This document shows, piece by piece, positions 17,234-27,664 of a DNA stretch of 64,000 nucleotides (position 1 is the stretch's first letter; every line of letters begins with the position of its first letter). This stretch comes from Nitrospinota bacterium (GTDB taxonomy: Bacteria; UBA8248). The notes below the pieces were generated by a model. The model searched no databases. It had not been told where the DNA came from and saw nothing but the letters and a program-made list of their open reading frames with translations. Where the stretch lies: contig JASLZZ010000077.1 of the NCBI GenBank assembly GCA_030754595.1, positions 33,701 to 97,700 on the forward strand, read 5' to 3'. A program made the position numbers and the translations under genes.

Positions 17234-17616
17234 CCTTATTTCCTTCTATTCCTTTTTCTCTTCACAATTTCATGAAAATTTTCTCAACTCCAATATTTCC
17301 TATTTTTAAAACTTTTCTGGTTCACACATTACAACTCAAAATATATACACTAATTACACCTATGATGCGGATTCAAAGGGTTAGTCAAAAACGGCAAAAT
17401 ACAGATAACATATTTATAATCAAATGCTTATATTGATTACTAGAAAGAAATAGAAAAATAATTCGTAATGGTGCTTTGAGTGCTTTACGCCCACAACTAA
17501 AAGGGTCGCTCAGGCAACATCGCTCTATCTTCGGAATTAACAGGATTTTTTTTATTCGATAGGCGGCGATCTCCCGCCTCGGGTCCTACAGTGTTCCCCA
17601 CCTTACTCGCCGAACT

Positions 17617-17641
17617 AAACTTTCCCTCCCCGGGAAAGTTT
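17617..17641. other. Perfect 10-bp stem / 5-nt loop hairpin overlapping the PBP1A stop codon
   Basis: AAACTTTCCC (17617-17626), loop tcccc, then GGGAAAGTTT (17632-17641). No U-tract follows on the minus strand. Confidence 0.6.
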
Positions 17642-19859
17642 AACCACCGTTAAAAAGCCCCTCTCCGGTCTCTCTCCTCCTACACCTTTCCGTCGGCTCG
17701 GTGCCCTGGACGAATGCCTCGGTCACTGTCTTGCCGGGGCAGGCGGGCGAGGGGAGAAGGCCGGTGCGCGCGTCGATCCGGACGAGGGCGACGCCGGGCG
17801 GGGGGGTGGCGGTGAGGGGGGGCTCGCGCCGGTCGAGCCAGAATTTCATGATGCGGGTCCAGATGGGGAGGGCGGCGGAGCCCCCCGAGGCGCGGTAGCC
17901 CATCTGTTTGTTGTCGTCGCGGCCGACCCAGACGCCGAGGATGAGGTCGTCGGTGAAGCCGATGAACCAGGCGTCGCGGTATTCGTTCGTTGTGCCGGTC
18001 TTGCCGGCAACGAAGCCGGGGAGCTTGAGGGCCCGCCGGGCGGTGCCCGAGAGGACGACGCCGCGGAGCATGGAGCGAATCTGGTAGGCGACCTCGGGGG
18101 AGATGGCGCGGTGGGTCTGGGGGACGTTCTCCTCGAGGATGCGGTGGCCGGCGTCGGTGACCTTGACGATGTCGTAGGGCCGGGCGTGGATGCCGCCGGT
18201 GGCGAAGGGGATGTAGGCGGAGGTGAACTCGTAGGGGGTGATCTCGAAGGCGCCCAGCGCGAGCGAGAGGTAGGGCATAAGCGGGGCGCGAATGCCGAGG
18301 CGCCGGGCGAAGGTGATGGCGGTCTTGGGCTTGATCTGGTCGAGGAGTTTGATGGTGGCGAGGTTGATGGATTTTTCGAGGGCGAAGCGCATGGTCACGG
18401 GTCCGTAGAATTTGTTGGTGTAGTTGCGGGGCTTCCACTCCTTGAGGGTGCCGGGCATGCGGCGGACGAAGGGCGAGTCCATGAGGATTTGCGCGGGCGT
18501 GTAGCCCTTGAAGAGGGCGGCGGCCATGATGACGGGCTTGAAGGCGGAGCCGGGCGAGCGGCGGGCCTGGGTGGCGCGGTCGAACTGAAAGCGGCGGAAA
18601 TTCGTGCCGCCGGCGAGGGCGCGGAGGGCGCCGGTGCGCGGGTCGAAGGCGACGGCGGCGCCCTGGACGGTGTCCTGCCACTCGAGGGTCATTGTCTTTC
18701 CGTCGCGGTCGACCCGGATCACCCGGCCGAGGACGAGGTCGCCCTCGCGGAGGGCGTGCGCGTCGATGCGGCCGGGTATCTCGAGGGCGGCTTCGTAGCC
18801 GCGAACCGCGGCGCGGACGACCCCGCCGCCCAGCTCGGCGATGCGCAGTTGATACTTATCGCCCAGCCGGGGCGGGCGCCGGCGCTTCCAGCCGGCGGGC
18901 AGGAACCCCCGGCGGCGGTTGATCTCCTCGATGCCCTTGAGGAGGGCGGCGTGCACGATTTTCTGGAGGCCCAGGTCGAGCGTGGTGTGGATCGAGAGGC
19001 CGCTCCGGTACAGGGCGGGGCCGTAGCGGCGGCCCAGCTGCCGGCGGATGCGTTCGGCGAAGTAGGCCAGCTCGGGGGCGGTGTTCGTGGCGCGGGGGAC
19101 GAGGTGAATCGGCTCGCCGGCGGCGGCGCGCTCTTGCTCGGGGGTGATGAAGCCGACCTCGCGCATGCGCTGGAGGACGAGGCGGCGGCGGCCCAGGGAC
19201 CGCTTGGGGTTGGTGCGCGGATTGAAGCGCGAGGGGGCCTTGGGCAGCCCGGCGATGGTGGCCGCTTCGGGGAGGGTGAGCTGGCTCACGGCCTTTCCGA
19301 AGTAGCCGCGCGCGGCGGCCTCGACGCCGTAGGCCCCGCTGCCGAGATATATCTGATTGAGATAGAACTCCAGGATTTCGTCCTTGGTGAACCGCCGCTC
19401 GATTTCGAGGGCGAGGAGGGCTTCTTTGATCTTGCGCTTGAGAGTGCGCTCGGAGGTGAGAAAGAGGACCTTGGCGAGCTGCTGGGTAATCGTCGAGCCC
19501 CCCTGGACGAGCCGCTGCGCCCGTATGTTGCGCCAGAAGGCGCGGACGATGTCGCGCGTGCTCACCCCGGGGTGCTTGTAGAAGCGCGCGTCCTCGATGG
19601 CGAGGATGGCCTGCCGCATCCGGGCGGGGATTCTCGATAGGGAGATCGGCACCCTGCGCTCCTGGTAGAGTTCGGAGATAAGCTGGCCGTCGCGGGCGTG
19701 TATCCGCGTGATGGTGCTGGGCCTGTAGTTGCGCAGGTATTTGAGTTCCGGGAAGTCGTAGAGATAGGAAAAGCCCATGCCCGCCCCGGCGCCGGTCAGT
19801 AAGGCGAAAGCGGCCAGGATCAGAAATATTTTCCGGCGTTTGGGTTTGCTCGATTCCAA
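17640..19859 (-). CDS. mrcA: Penicillin-binding protein 1A (bifunctional transglycosylase/transpeptidase)
   Basis: GT51 motifs (EDARFYKHPGV, GGSTITQQLAK, RKIKE), transpeptidase motifs (SPGSAFKP, KTGTTN) and an N-terminal TM segment. TTG start lies after GAGGTG. Confidence 0.9.
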   Translation of the reverse strand: MESSKPKRRKIFLILAAFALLTGAGAGMGFSYLYDFPELKYLRNYRPSTITRIHARDGQLISELYQERRVPISLSRIPARMRQAILAIEDARFYKHPGVSTRDIVRAFWRNIRAQRLVQGGSTITQQLAKVLFLTSERTLKRKIKEALLALEIERRFTKDEILEFYLNQIYLGSGAYGVEAAARGYFGKAVSQLTLPEAATIAGLPKAPSRFNPRTNPKRSLGRRRLVLQRMREVGFITPEQERAAAGEPIHLVPRATNTAPELAYFAERIRRQLGRRYGPALYRSGLSIHTTLDLGLQKIVHAALLKGIEEINRRRGFLPAGWKRRRPPRLGDKYQLRIAELGGGVVRAAVRGYEAALEIPGRIDAHALREGDLVLGRVIRVDRDGKTMTLEWQDTVQGAAVAFDPRTGALRALAGGTNFRRFQFDRATQARRSPGSAFKPVIMAAALFKGYTPAQILMDSPFVRRMPGTLKEWKPRNYTNKFYGPVTMRFALEKSINLATIKLLDQIKPKTAITFARRLGIRAPLMPYLSLALGAFEITPYEFTSAYIPFATGGIHARPYDIVKVTDAGHRILEENVPQTHRAISPEVAYQIRSMLRGVVLSGTARRALKLPGFVAGKTGTTNEYRDAWFIGFTDDLILGVWVGRDDNKQMGYRASGGSAALPIWTRIMKFWLDRREPPLTATPPPGVALVRIDARTGLLPSPACPGKTVTEAFVQGTEPTERCRRRETGEGLFNGG

Positions 19860-20180
19860 GGGGTCACCTCACGGCGCGAGCCGGGCGGCCGGGCGAAAAT
19901 TCACCGGGTGGCTGCGCGAGTCATCTCGCCGCAGGATAAAACGCGCTCTTGACCGCCGCAACCGGAGAGCCGCAAGAGGGGCGCCGCGACCGGAGCGTTG
20001 CCAGAGACTCCCCGCGGGGCGTTCGGGATGTTCTAAATACCCGGATGCCCCGGGCGGTGTGTTTTCCTGAATGCCGATCGAGGCGTTGACAAGGCGGGGC
20101 TCGAAATAAGATAAAGGTTTTCTAGCCCGTAACCGTTTCTTCGAGATTCATCCAGTTTCCGCTCGTAATAGGGAGGTGGC

Positions 20181-20705
20181 ATGATCGAAGCCGTGCGCGT
20201 TCTTGTGCTCAATCAGACCTACGAGCCCATTAATGTGTGCGGCGCGCGGCGCGCGGTCCGGATGATGCTCCTCGGTAAGGCGGAGACCATCGAGGTGGAC
20301 GGGTTCATGGTCCGCAGCGAGCGGCTTAATTTCCGCCTCCCGGTGGTGATTCGCCTCCTCCGCTACGTCCGGGTTCCCCGCAAGGCTGAGGCCCCCTTTT
20401 CGAAGAAAAATGTTTTCCGCCGCGACGGGCACACCTGTCAGTACTGCGGCTCGCCCAACGAGCTGACCCTCGACCATATCTCCCCCCTCTCAAGGGGCGG
20501 GCGCACGACCTGGGAGAACGTCGTATGCTGTTGCCGGAAGTGCAACGCCCGAAAGGGAAACCGCCTGCCCGAGGAGGCGGAGATGCGGCTGCTTCGCCCG
20601 GCCCGCAAACCCAGGTACTATTCATTCGAGTGGATGAACCCGCGCATGACCGCCTCGCCCCATCTGAGGTGGGAGAAATACCTCGACCCCTTCGGCGGCT
20701 CCTGA
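20181..20705 (+). CDS. HNH endonuclease-domain protein
   Basis: CQYCG...LTLDHISPLSRGGRTTWENVVCCCRKCNARKGNR is an HNH/zinc-finger core. ATG follows GGGAGGTGG. Confidence 0.8.
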   Translation: MIEAVRVLVLNQTYEPINVCGARRAVRMMLLGKAETIEVDGFMVRSERLNFRLPVVIRLLRYVRVPRKAEAPFSKKNVFRRDGHTCQYCGSPNELTLDHISPLSRGGRTTWENVVCCCRKCNARKGNRLPEEAEMRLLRPARKPRYYSFEWMNPRMTASPHLRWEKYLDPFGGS

Positions 20706-20852
20706 GCCGCCGCCCCCTGTTCGGGCGCCCTGGCCTTGAGCAGATGGCCTGACCGCCCCCGGACCTTTATTAACTCGCCTTGATTCGGTAAATTAGCCTG
20801 TTTGGGTTTCGTTTATTTCGCGCCGCCTCTTAAACGATGGGTTTTCCAGCCG

Positions 20853-22871
20853 ATGGGCGAGTTTCAGCTTACCTCCGATTTTCAACCCGCCGCGGATCAG
20901 CCCCAGGCTATCGACGCCCTCGTGGAGGGCTTAGAAGCCGGCGAACGCCAGCAGGTCCTCCTCGGGGTAACCGGTTCGGGAAAAACCTTCACCATGGCGA
21001 ACGTCATCGCCCGCCTGGAGAAGCCCACCCTCGTCATCGCCCACAACAAGACTCTCGCCGCCCAGCTTTTCAATGAGTTCAAGGGCTTTTTTCCGCACAA
21101 CGCGGTCGAATATTTTGTCAGCTACTACGATTACTATCAGCCCGAGGCCTACGTCGCGACGACAGACACATACATCGAAAAAGACTCCGCCATCAACGAC
21201 GAACTGGACCGGCTGCGCCACTCGGCCACCCGGTCCGCCCTCACCCGGCGCGATATCATCATCGTCGCCAGCGTCAGTTCGATTTACGGTCTCGGCTCCC
21301 CGTCCGACTACTACGACCTTCACATTCACCTCGAGCGCGGCCAGGAGATGAACCGCGAGGAATTGCTCGCCCAGCTCGTCCGCATCCAGTACACCCGCAA
21401 CGACATCGAACTCGTCCGCGCCTCGTTCCGCGCGCGGGGAGACGTGGTGGAACTCCTCCCCGCTCACGAGGAAGACGAGGCCATCCGCGTCGAATTCTTC
21501 GGGGATGAAATCGACGAAATCAGCGAGATCGACCCCCTGCGCGGGACCGTGCTCAGGCCGATCGATCAAATCGAGATTTACCCGAACAGCCACTACATCA
21601 CCCCCGAAGAGCGCCTGTCGCGGGCGATGGAGAACATCGAGGAAGAGCTTTGGGCCCATGTGACCGAACTCAACGCCGAGGGACTCGAACTCGAGGCGCA
21701 ACGCGTCCGCCAGCGGACCCTCCAAGATATGGAAATGCTTCGCGAGGTGGGCTACTGCCACGGCGTCGAGAATTACAGCCGCCACCTAGACGGCCGCGAG
21801 CCCGGCCAGCCGCCGGCGACGCTGTTTTCCTATTTGGCGAAGGACCATCTCGTCATCGTGGACGAGAGCCACCAGAGCGTTCCCCAGATCCGGGCGATGT
21901 ATAAGGGCGATCGTTCGCGGAAGGAAAACCTCGTCCGCTACGGTTTCCGTCTCCCCTCGGCCCTCGACAACCGGCCGCTCAAATTCGAGGAGTTCGAGGA
22001 AGAGGCGGCCAGCGTAGTCTACACCTCGGCCACGCCGGGGCCCTACGAACTGGAAAAAAGCGGGGGTGTTGTCGTCGAGCAGCTTCTTCGGCCGACCGGG
22101 CTGGTGGACCCCCCGGTGGAGATTCGCCCTGTGCAGGGCCAGGTGGACGATTTGCTCGCCGAGGTTCGCAAATCGGCCGAGTGCGGCGAGCGGGTTCTCG
22201 TCACCACCCTGACCAAGCGGTTCTCCGAGGACCTGACCGAGTATTACGAAGACCTCGGCGTCCGCGTCCGCTACATGCACAGCGACATCGAGACCCTCGA
22301 GCGCGTGAAAATCATCCGCGATCTGCGCTCGGGAGAGTTCGACGTGCTGATTGGAATCAATCTGTTGAGGGAGGGGCTCGACCTGCCCGAGGTGGCGCTC
22401 GTGGCCATCTTCGACGCCGACAAGGAGGGGTTTCTGCGTTCGGAAACCTCGCTGATTCAGACCTCGGGCCGTGCGGCGCGCCACGTGGACGGGCGGGTGA
22501 TCATGTATGCGGACCGGATCACCGACTCCATGCGGCGGGCGATGGAAGAGATGGCCCGCCGCCGGAAATTCCAGATCGCCTACAACGATGAGAACGGTAT
22601 CATCCCGCGTTCGATAAGCCGGCGGATGGACGAATTGATCGAAAACGTCGGGGAGTACGACTACGTTGACATAACCGAGGGCGCGGCGGAGGAGGAGGCT
22701 GTCTACGGCGAGATTACAGAGGAGGAGGCCGTGGACCTCGAGGAACTCCGCGTCCGGATGCACGAGGCGGCCCAGAAGCTGGAATTCGAGAGCGCCGCGG
22801 AGCTTCGCGACCGGATCATCGCCATCGAGCGCCGCCAACTCGGCATCCGGAGTGGAGCGCGGGTACAATGA
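20853..22871 (+). CDS. uvrB: Excinuclease ABC subunit B
   Basis: [21 protein letters not shown] Walker [15 protein letters not shown], and a C-terminal UVR domain ([13 protein letters not shown]). Confidence 0.95.
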   Translation: MGEFQLTSDFQPAADQPQAIDALVEGLEAGERQQVLLGVTGSGKTFTMANVIARLEKPTLVIAHNKTLAAQLFNEFKGFFPHNAVEYFVSYYDYYQPEAYVATTDTYIEKDSAINDELDRLRHSATRSALTRRDIIIVASVSSIYGLGSPSDYYDLHIHLERGQEMNREELLAQLVRIQYTRNDIELVRASFRARGDVVELLPAHEEDEAIRVEFFGDEIDEISEIDPLRGTVLRPIDQIEIYPNSHYITPEERLSRAMENIEEELWAHVTELNAEGLELEAQRVRQRTLQDMEMLREVGYCHGVENYSRHLDGREPGQPPATLFSYLAKDHLVIVDESHQSVPQIRAMYKGDRSRKENLVRYGFRLPSALDNRPLKFEEFEEEAASVVYTSATPGPYELEKSGGVVVEQLLRPTGLVDPPVEIRPVQGQVDDLLAEVRKSAECGERVLVTTLTKRFSEDLTEYYEDLGVRVRYMHSDIETLERVKIIRDLRSGEFDVLIGINLLREGLDLPEVALVAIFDADKEGFLRSETSLIQTSGRAARHVDGRVIMYADRITDSMRRAMEEMARRRKFQIAYNDENGIIPRSISRRMDELIENVGEYDYVDITEGAAEEEAVYGEITEEEAVDLEELRVRMHEAAQKLEFESAAELRDRIIAIERRQLGIRSGARVQ

Positions 22872-24874
22872 TGGCGCAAAAGGGTAAAAAGGAAGTCACA
22901 GAAGAAGGCGCTTCTCCAGAGACGGATGTCGCCGATGGGGCTCCGGCAGAGGCGGACGCCGCCGAAGGAGCTCCGGCTCCCGCGCTTTTCGACCGCGAGG
23001 CGATCAGACGCCTGCCCGAGAAGCCCGGCATTTATATTTTCAAAAACGAATCGGGCGATGTGCTCTACATCGGCAAGGCCGTCAAGCTGCGAAGCCGGGT
23101 CCGGAGCTACTTTGGAAAATCGACCGGCCGCGGTCCCTGGATCGAAAAAATGGTGGGCGAGGTTTCGTCGGTCGAGCACATCGTCACCTCAACCGGGGTC
23201 GAGGCCCTCATCCTCGAGAACAACTACATTAAGCGGCACAAGCCCCGGCACAACCTTCTCCTGCGCGACGACAAGCACTTTCCGTATCTCAAGCTCAGCA
23301 CGAATGAGGAATACCCCCGCCTGAGCATCGTGCGGAGCCCGGCGGGAGACGGGGCGGAGTACATGGGCCCGTTTCCGGCCTCGGGGCGCTTGCGCCGGAC
23401 GATTCGCTTCCTGCACAAAACCTTTAATATCCGCGCCTGCACCGGGAGCCTCGACGACAAGACCGCGAAGCGGTGCATCTATTATCAGATGGGCCAATGT
23501 CTTGGCCCCTGCGACGGTCTTCAGACGAAAGAGGAGTACAGCGCGAAGATCGGCGACGCCCTGAACTTTCTCAAGGGAAAAAACACCGAGCTCGAGGCGA
23601 AACTTCGCCGCGATATGGCGGAGCACGCCGAGGCGCTCAGGTTCGAGAAAGCCGCGAGGACGCGCGATCAACTGCGCGCCATCGAGGTCATGTTCGAAAA
23701 ACAGGAGATGGTCACCGTCCTCGGCGGAGACCAGGACATCCTCGGCCTCCACCGGAAGGACGACCGGGCGTATTTCCGGCTCTTCTTCGTGCGCGGGGGG
23801 CGGATGTTGGGCGACCAGGGTTTCACCGTCCCCCTGAAGGCCGGGGTGGGCTCGGGGGAGGCCGTATCGGGCTTCGTGAAGCAGTACTACATGGGACAGT
23901 CCTACTTCCCGGCCGAGGTTCTGCTGTCCGCGCCGCCGCCGGATGCGGAGTTGATCGCCCGGTGGCTCTCCGAGCGCCGGGGACGGAAGGTGGCGGTCCT
24001 CACCCCCCGGCGGGGAGGGAAGCGCCGCCTGGTCGAGATGGCCTCCGAAAACGCCGGGGAATCGCTCGAGCGCGACGAGGTGCGCCTGAGCAAGGACCAG
24101 GCGACGCTCGAAGCGATCTGCCGGGCGCTGGGGCTGGACGATCTACCCGCCCGCATCGAGGCGTTTGATATTTCGAATCTGCACGGAAGCCATATTGTCG
24201 GCGCGAGCGTGACCTTCCGCGAGGGGCGCCCGCTCAAGGACGGCTATCGCCGCTACCGGATTCGATCGGTTGTCGGACAAGCCGATGATTTCGCGGCGAT
24301 GCGCGAGATTGTCTCGCGGCGCATGGAGCGAATCGTGAACGAGGGGAGCGAGAAGCCCGGCCTGATTCTCATCGACGGCGGAAAAGGGCAACTCTCCTCG
24401 GCCGCCCAGGCGCTCGAGGAGGTGGGCGTCGCCGACCTCGGGCTTTGCTCGATCTCGAAGGGAAGGACGAAGGATAACCCCGGGGATCAGGATGTATTCT
24501 TCCTGCCGGGGGTCTCGGATCCGGTGCGGATGGAGGAGGGCAGCCCCGAAAAGCTCCTCCTCCAGCGGATCCGCGACGAGGTGCACCGCTTCGCTGTGAC
24601 CTATCACCGCAGTCGCCGCGCGAAGGAGGAACTCCACAGCGGCCTCGACGACGTGCCGGGCCTCGGCCCGAAGCGGCGCCGGGATCTCCTCCGCGCCTTC
24701 GGGAGCCTGCGTGGGGTGGTCGATGCCACGGACGAGCAGCTTCTTGTCGTCGCCGGGATCACCCCCCGGTTGGTGGGGGCCATCCGGGAGCATCTCGGCG
24801 GGCGCGAGAATGCGGAATTGCCGGCGGGAGCGGAATTTAAAGCGGGACCGGCGGGAGAGGAGCACGCACCTTGA
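22868..24874 (+). CDS. uvrC: Excinuclease ABC subunit C (with about 45-aa acidic/Ala-rich N-terminal extension)
   Basis: GIY-YIG motif ([19 protein letters not shown]), UVR motif ([13 protein letters not shown]) and a C-terminal HhH region. ATGA overlap with uvrB. Confidence 0.93.
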   Translation: MMAQKGKKEVTEEGASPETDVADGAPAEADAAEGAPAPALFDREAIRRLPEKPGIYIFKNESGDVLYIGKAVKLRSRVRSYFGKSTGRGPWIEKMVGEVSSVEHIVTSTGVEALILENNYIKRHKPRHNLLLRDDKHFPYLKLSTNEEYPRLSIVRSPAGDGAEYMGPFPASGRLRRTIRFLHKTFNIRACTGSLDDKTAKRCIYYQMGQCLGPCDGLQTKEEYSAKIGDALNFLKGKNTELEAKLRRDMAEHAEALRFEKAARTRDQLRAIEVMFEKQEMVTVLGGDQDILGLHRKDDRAYFRLFFVRGGRMLGDQGFTVPLKAGVGSGEAVSGFVKQYYMGQSYFPAEVLLSAPPPDAELIARWLSERRGRKVAVLTPRRGGKRRLVEMASENAGESLERDEVRLSKDQATLEAICRALGLDDLPARIEAFDISNLHGSHIVGASVTFREGRPLKDGYRRYRIRSVVGQADDFAAMREIVSRRMERIVNEGSEKPGLILIDGGKGQLSSAAQALEEVGVADLGLCSISKGRTKDNPGDQDVFFLPGVSDPVRMEEGSPEKLLLQRIRDEVHRFAVTYHRSRRAKEELHSGLDDVPGLGPKRRRDLLRAFGSLRGVVDATDEQLLVVAGITPRLVGAIREHLGGRENAELPAGAEFKAGPAGEEHAP

Positions 24875-26403
24875 GGTCGCGCGATGTGGGTTATGCCGCC
24901 TTCTCGGGGATTTTGCTGGGCTTTTTGTTCCCACCTTTCTCCTTTGAGGCGATTGCGTGGGTGGCGCTCTTTCCGCTCCTTTGGGTCCTCGACCGGAGAC
25001 ATCCGCTCGACGGGCTGATCCTCGGCTTCGTGGCCGGGTTTGTCGGCTATTTGATCATCATTTGGTGGGTCGAGGTGACGATGGTCAACTACGGGGGGCT
25101 GCCCTCGCCGCTGGCCTGGCTCCTGGCGGTGACCCTCGCGGCCTATGTCGGGCTCTACGTGGGCGCTTTCGGCTACCTTCTGATCTGGATTACGCCCGAG
25201 GCGGGCTACGCCCGCATGTTCATGGCCCCGGTCCTCTGGGTCGCCCTCGAACTCGCCCGCGCCTATTTTCTCTCGGGCTTTCCTTGGGCGCTGCTCGGCT
25301 ACAGCCAATACAGCATCCTGCCGGTTATCCAGATCGCCGATCTTTTCGGCGTCTACGGCGTCTCGTTTTTCATTGTCCTGATCAACGCGGTCTTTTGGCA
25401 TTTTTTCCGCCACCCGGACCGCGCTCCCTTCGTCGTTCTCGGCGGCGGGGTGGCCTTGGCGGCGCTCGTGCAGGGCTACGGGTACCTCAGGCTCCTCGAG
25501 GTGCCGGGGGAGATGGGTCCTCCCCGGCCCGTCGGGATCGTCCAGCCCGACACCCGGCCCTCCACGAAGTGGAAGCCGGGGCGGCGGGAGGCCATCGTGG
25601 GAGATCTCGAAAAGCTGACCGAGGCCCTGGCCGCGGATTTCAGCGGCCGGGGCAGGCCCGTTCCGCCGCTCATCGTCTGGCCCGAGGCGGCGGCCCCGTT
25701 CGTCTACTCCGAGGAGCCTCGGTGGCAAAAGCGCCTCGCCGAAATCGCCGAGCGCGCGGGGAGCTATCTCCTGTTCGGCTCACTCTCGGCGAGACGGGCG
25801 GAGGGGGATCCCAGGCTCTACAACTCGGCCTATCTTCTGGGGCCGGACGGCACGAGCGCGGGCCGCTACGACAAGATGCATCTGGTTCCGTTCGGCGAAT
25901 ATATTCCGCTGCGCTGGCTTTTGTTTTTCGTGGAGAAATTCGTCCCCATCATCGGGCGGTTCGGCGAGGGGGAGGAAGCCCGAATTTTCGATGTACCCGG
26001 AGGGAAATTCGGGGTCCTCATCTGCTTTGAGGTGATTTTCCCCCGTGTCGTCAGGCGCATGGCCGGGTCGGGATTTCTCGTCAACATCACCAACGACGCC
26101 TGGTTCGGGCGCACGGCCGCCTCCGAGCAACATCTTTCGATGGCGGCGATGAGGGCGGTGGAGCTGCGCACCCCGATTGTGCGCGCCGCGAACACCGGAA
26201 TCAGCGCCATCATCGATGCCACCGGGGCAATTCGCCTCAGGAGCCCGATATTTGAAAAGTGGCGGTGGGCCGGAGTCGTCTCGCCCCGGAAGGCCTCTCC
26301 CACCCTCTATGCACGGGTGGGGGACATCTTTGCCCTCGTGTGCTTCGCCGTAATGCTGCTCATGGGATGGCTGGCGGTGGTCCGCGGTCATCCGCGGTTA
26401 TGA
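24871..26403 (+). CDS. lnt: Apolipoprotein N-acyltransferase
   Basis: Multi-TM N-terminal half followed by a CN-hydrolase domain (VWPE, YDKMHLVPFGEYIP, ICFE). TTG start overlaps the uvrC stop. Confidence 0.9.
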   Translation: MRSRDVGYAAFSGILLGFLFPPFSFEAIAWVALFPLLWVLDRRHPLDGLILGFVAGFVGYLIIIWWVEVTMVNYGGLPSPLAWLLAVTLAAYVGLYVGAFGYLLIWITPEAGYARMFMAPVLWVALELARAYFLSGFPWALLGYSQYSILPVIQIADLFGVYGVSFFIVLINAVFWHFFRHPDRAPFVVLGGGVALAALVQGYGYLRLLEVPGEMGPPRPVGIVQPDTRPSTKWKPGRREAIVGDLEKLTEALAADFSGRGRPVPPLIVWPEAAAPFVYSEEPRWQKRLAEIAERAGSYLLFGSLSARRAEGDPRLYNSAYLLGPDGTSAGRYDKMHLVPFGEYIPLRWLLFFVEKFVPIIGRFGEGEEARIFDVPGGKFGVLICFEVIFPRVVRRMAGSGFLVNITNDAWFGRTAASEQHLSMAAMRAVELRTPIVRAANTGISAIIDATGAIRLRSPIFEKWRWAGVVSPRKASPTLYARVGDIFALVCFAVMLLMGWLAVVRGHPRL

Positions 26404-26471
26404 TATGATTGTCGCCGGTCGCCCGGCAGCAATTGCTTAAAAATGCGCTCCCGCGCAGAGGTGAGAAATCG

Positions 26472-27603
26472 ATGGAAGAGTATCTGAAGAAAATCGACTG
26501 GCTCGAAGCGCGGCTCCTTGAACTCCGAGGTCGGCTTTGACCTCGACGAACTCGAAGCCGAGTGCGCCAGGCTGGACAAACTCGCCGCCGGCGAGAAGTT
26601 CTGGGACGACGCGGACGCGGCCCAACACACCCTGAAGCGGCGTGCCTCCCTCCAGCGGACGATCGACGCCTGGGCCGACCTCCAGAAAAGACTCACCGAA
26701 CAAAGCGAACTCACCCAACTCATGGAAATGGAGGAGGGCGCCCCCGATCCGGATCTGCTCGGCGAACTCGGTGAAGCCCTCGAGGCCATCGAAGCGGAGC
26801 AAGGACGCCTCGAATTTCGCCTTGTAATGGACTCCGAGGAAGACCCTGGCAACGCAATCCTTTCGGTGAACGCCGGGGCGGGCGGGGTGGAGAGCCAGGA
26901 TTGGGCCGAAATCCTCATCCGGATGTACGCCCGGTGGGCGGAAGCCCACGGCTGCACGGCCAAGCTGGTCTCGGTCCTGCCCGGCGAGGAGGCGGGCATC
27001 AAGAACGCCACCTTCATCATCGCCGGCGATTACGCCTACGGCTACCTTCGTGCCGAGATGGGCGTCCACCGCCTGGTGCGAATCTCGCCCTTCGATGCCG
27101 CCTCGCGGCGCCACACCTCGTTCGCCTCGGTGGATGTCGTGCCCGAGGTCTCCGACGACGTGGAGATCGAAATCGTCGAGAGCGATCTGCGCATCGATGT
27201 CTACCGCAGCTCGGGCGCCGGCGGCCAGCATGTGAACACAACCGACTCGGCCGTACGCATCACCCATGCGTCCACTGGCATCGTCGTCACCTGTCAGAAC
27301 GAGCGGAGCCAGCACAAAAACCGGGCCACGGCGATGAAACTCCTGCGCGGGCAGCTCTATAAGCTCGAGATGCAAAAACGCGAGGAGGAAAAAGAGCTGC
27401 AGCACGCAGCGAAAAAATCGATTAGCTTCGGAAGCCAGATACGGTCCTATATTCTCCATCCTTACCAGATGGTGAAAGACCACCGAACCGATATTGAAAC
27501 GTCGAACGTCGATTCCGTTCTCGACGGCGACATCGACAAATTCATCGACGCTTATTTATTGTCCCTGATTGAGAGCCGGGCCGAGGCGGGCCCCCATAGC
27601 TAA
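26472..27603 (+). CDS. prfB: Peptide chain release factor 2 (requires programmed +1 frameshift at 26535-26541)
   Basis: ORF0 MEEYLKKIDWLEARLLELRGRL ends at the in-frame TGA (26538-26540). The +1 frame continues DLDELEAE... and carries the SPF (RISPFDA) and GGQ (SGAGGQHVN) motifs. Confidence 0.93.
26526..26541 (+). promoter_or_regulatory. RF2 autoregulatory +1 frameshift site
   Basis: GAGGT (SD-like, 26527-26531), 3 nt, then CTT TGA C (26535-26541). This is the same architecture as the E. coli prfB site (AGGGGG-N3-CUU UGA C). Confidence 0.85.
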
Positions 27604-27664
27604 GGCCTCGTGACTAAGGCCTCTCGCACAGGCCATTACCCGCGAGCAAGGAAGCCAGTCACTT

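Noticed and set aside
17234-17640. A tRNA or tmRNA gene as the integration target at the islet border, or a small RNA gene in the AT-rich leader.
   Set aside because: No cloverleaf-compatible segments or GTTCGAATC-like T-arm motif are present. The region is better explained as the promoter and leader of the MNT/HEPN operon plus the mrcA 3' hairpin.
20086-20115. TTGACA (20086-20091) with downstream TAAGAT/GATAAA as a promoter for the HNH gene.
   Set aside because: The spacing is either 15 or 18 nt to weak -10 candidates. This is too ambiguous to list as a feature.
20706-20852. SOS (LexA) box upstream of uvrB.
   Set aside because: I found no CTGT-N8-ACAG, GAAC-N4-GTTC or other clear palindrome by eye in the 147-nt leader.
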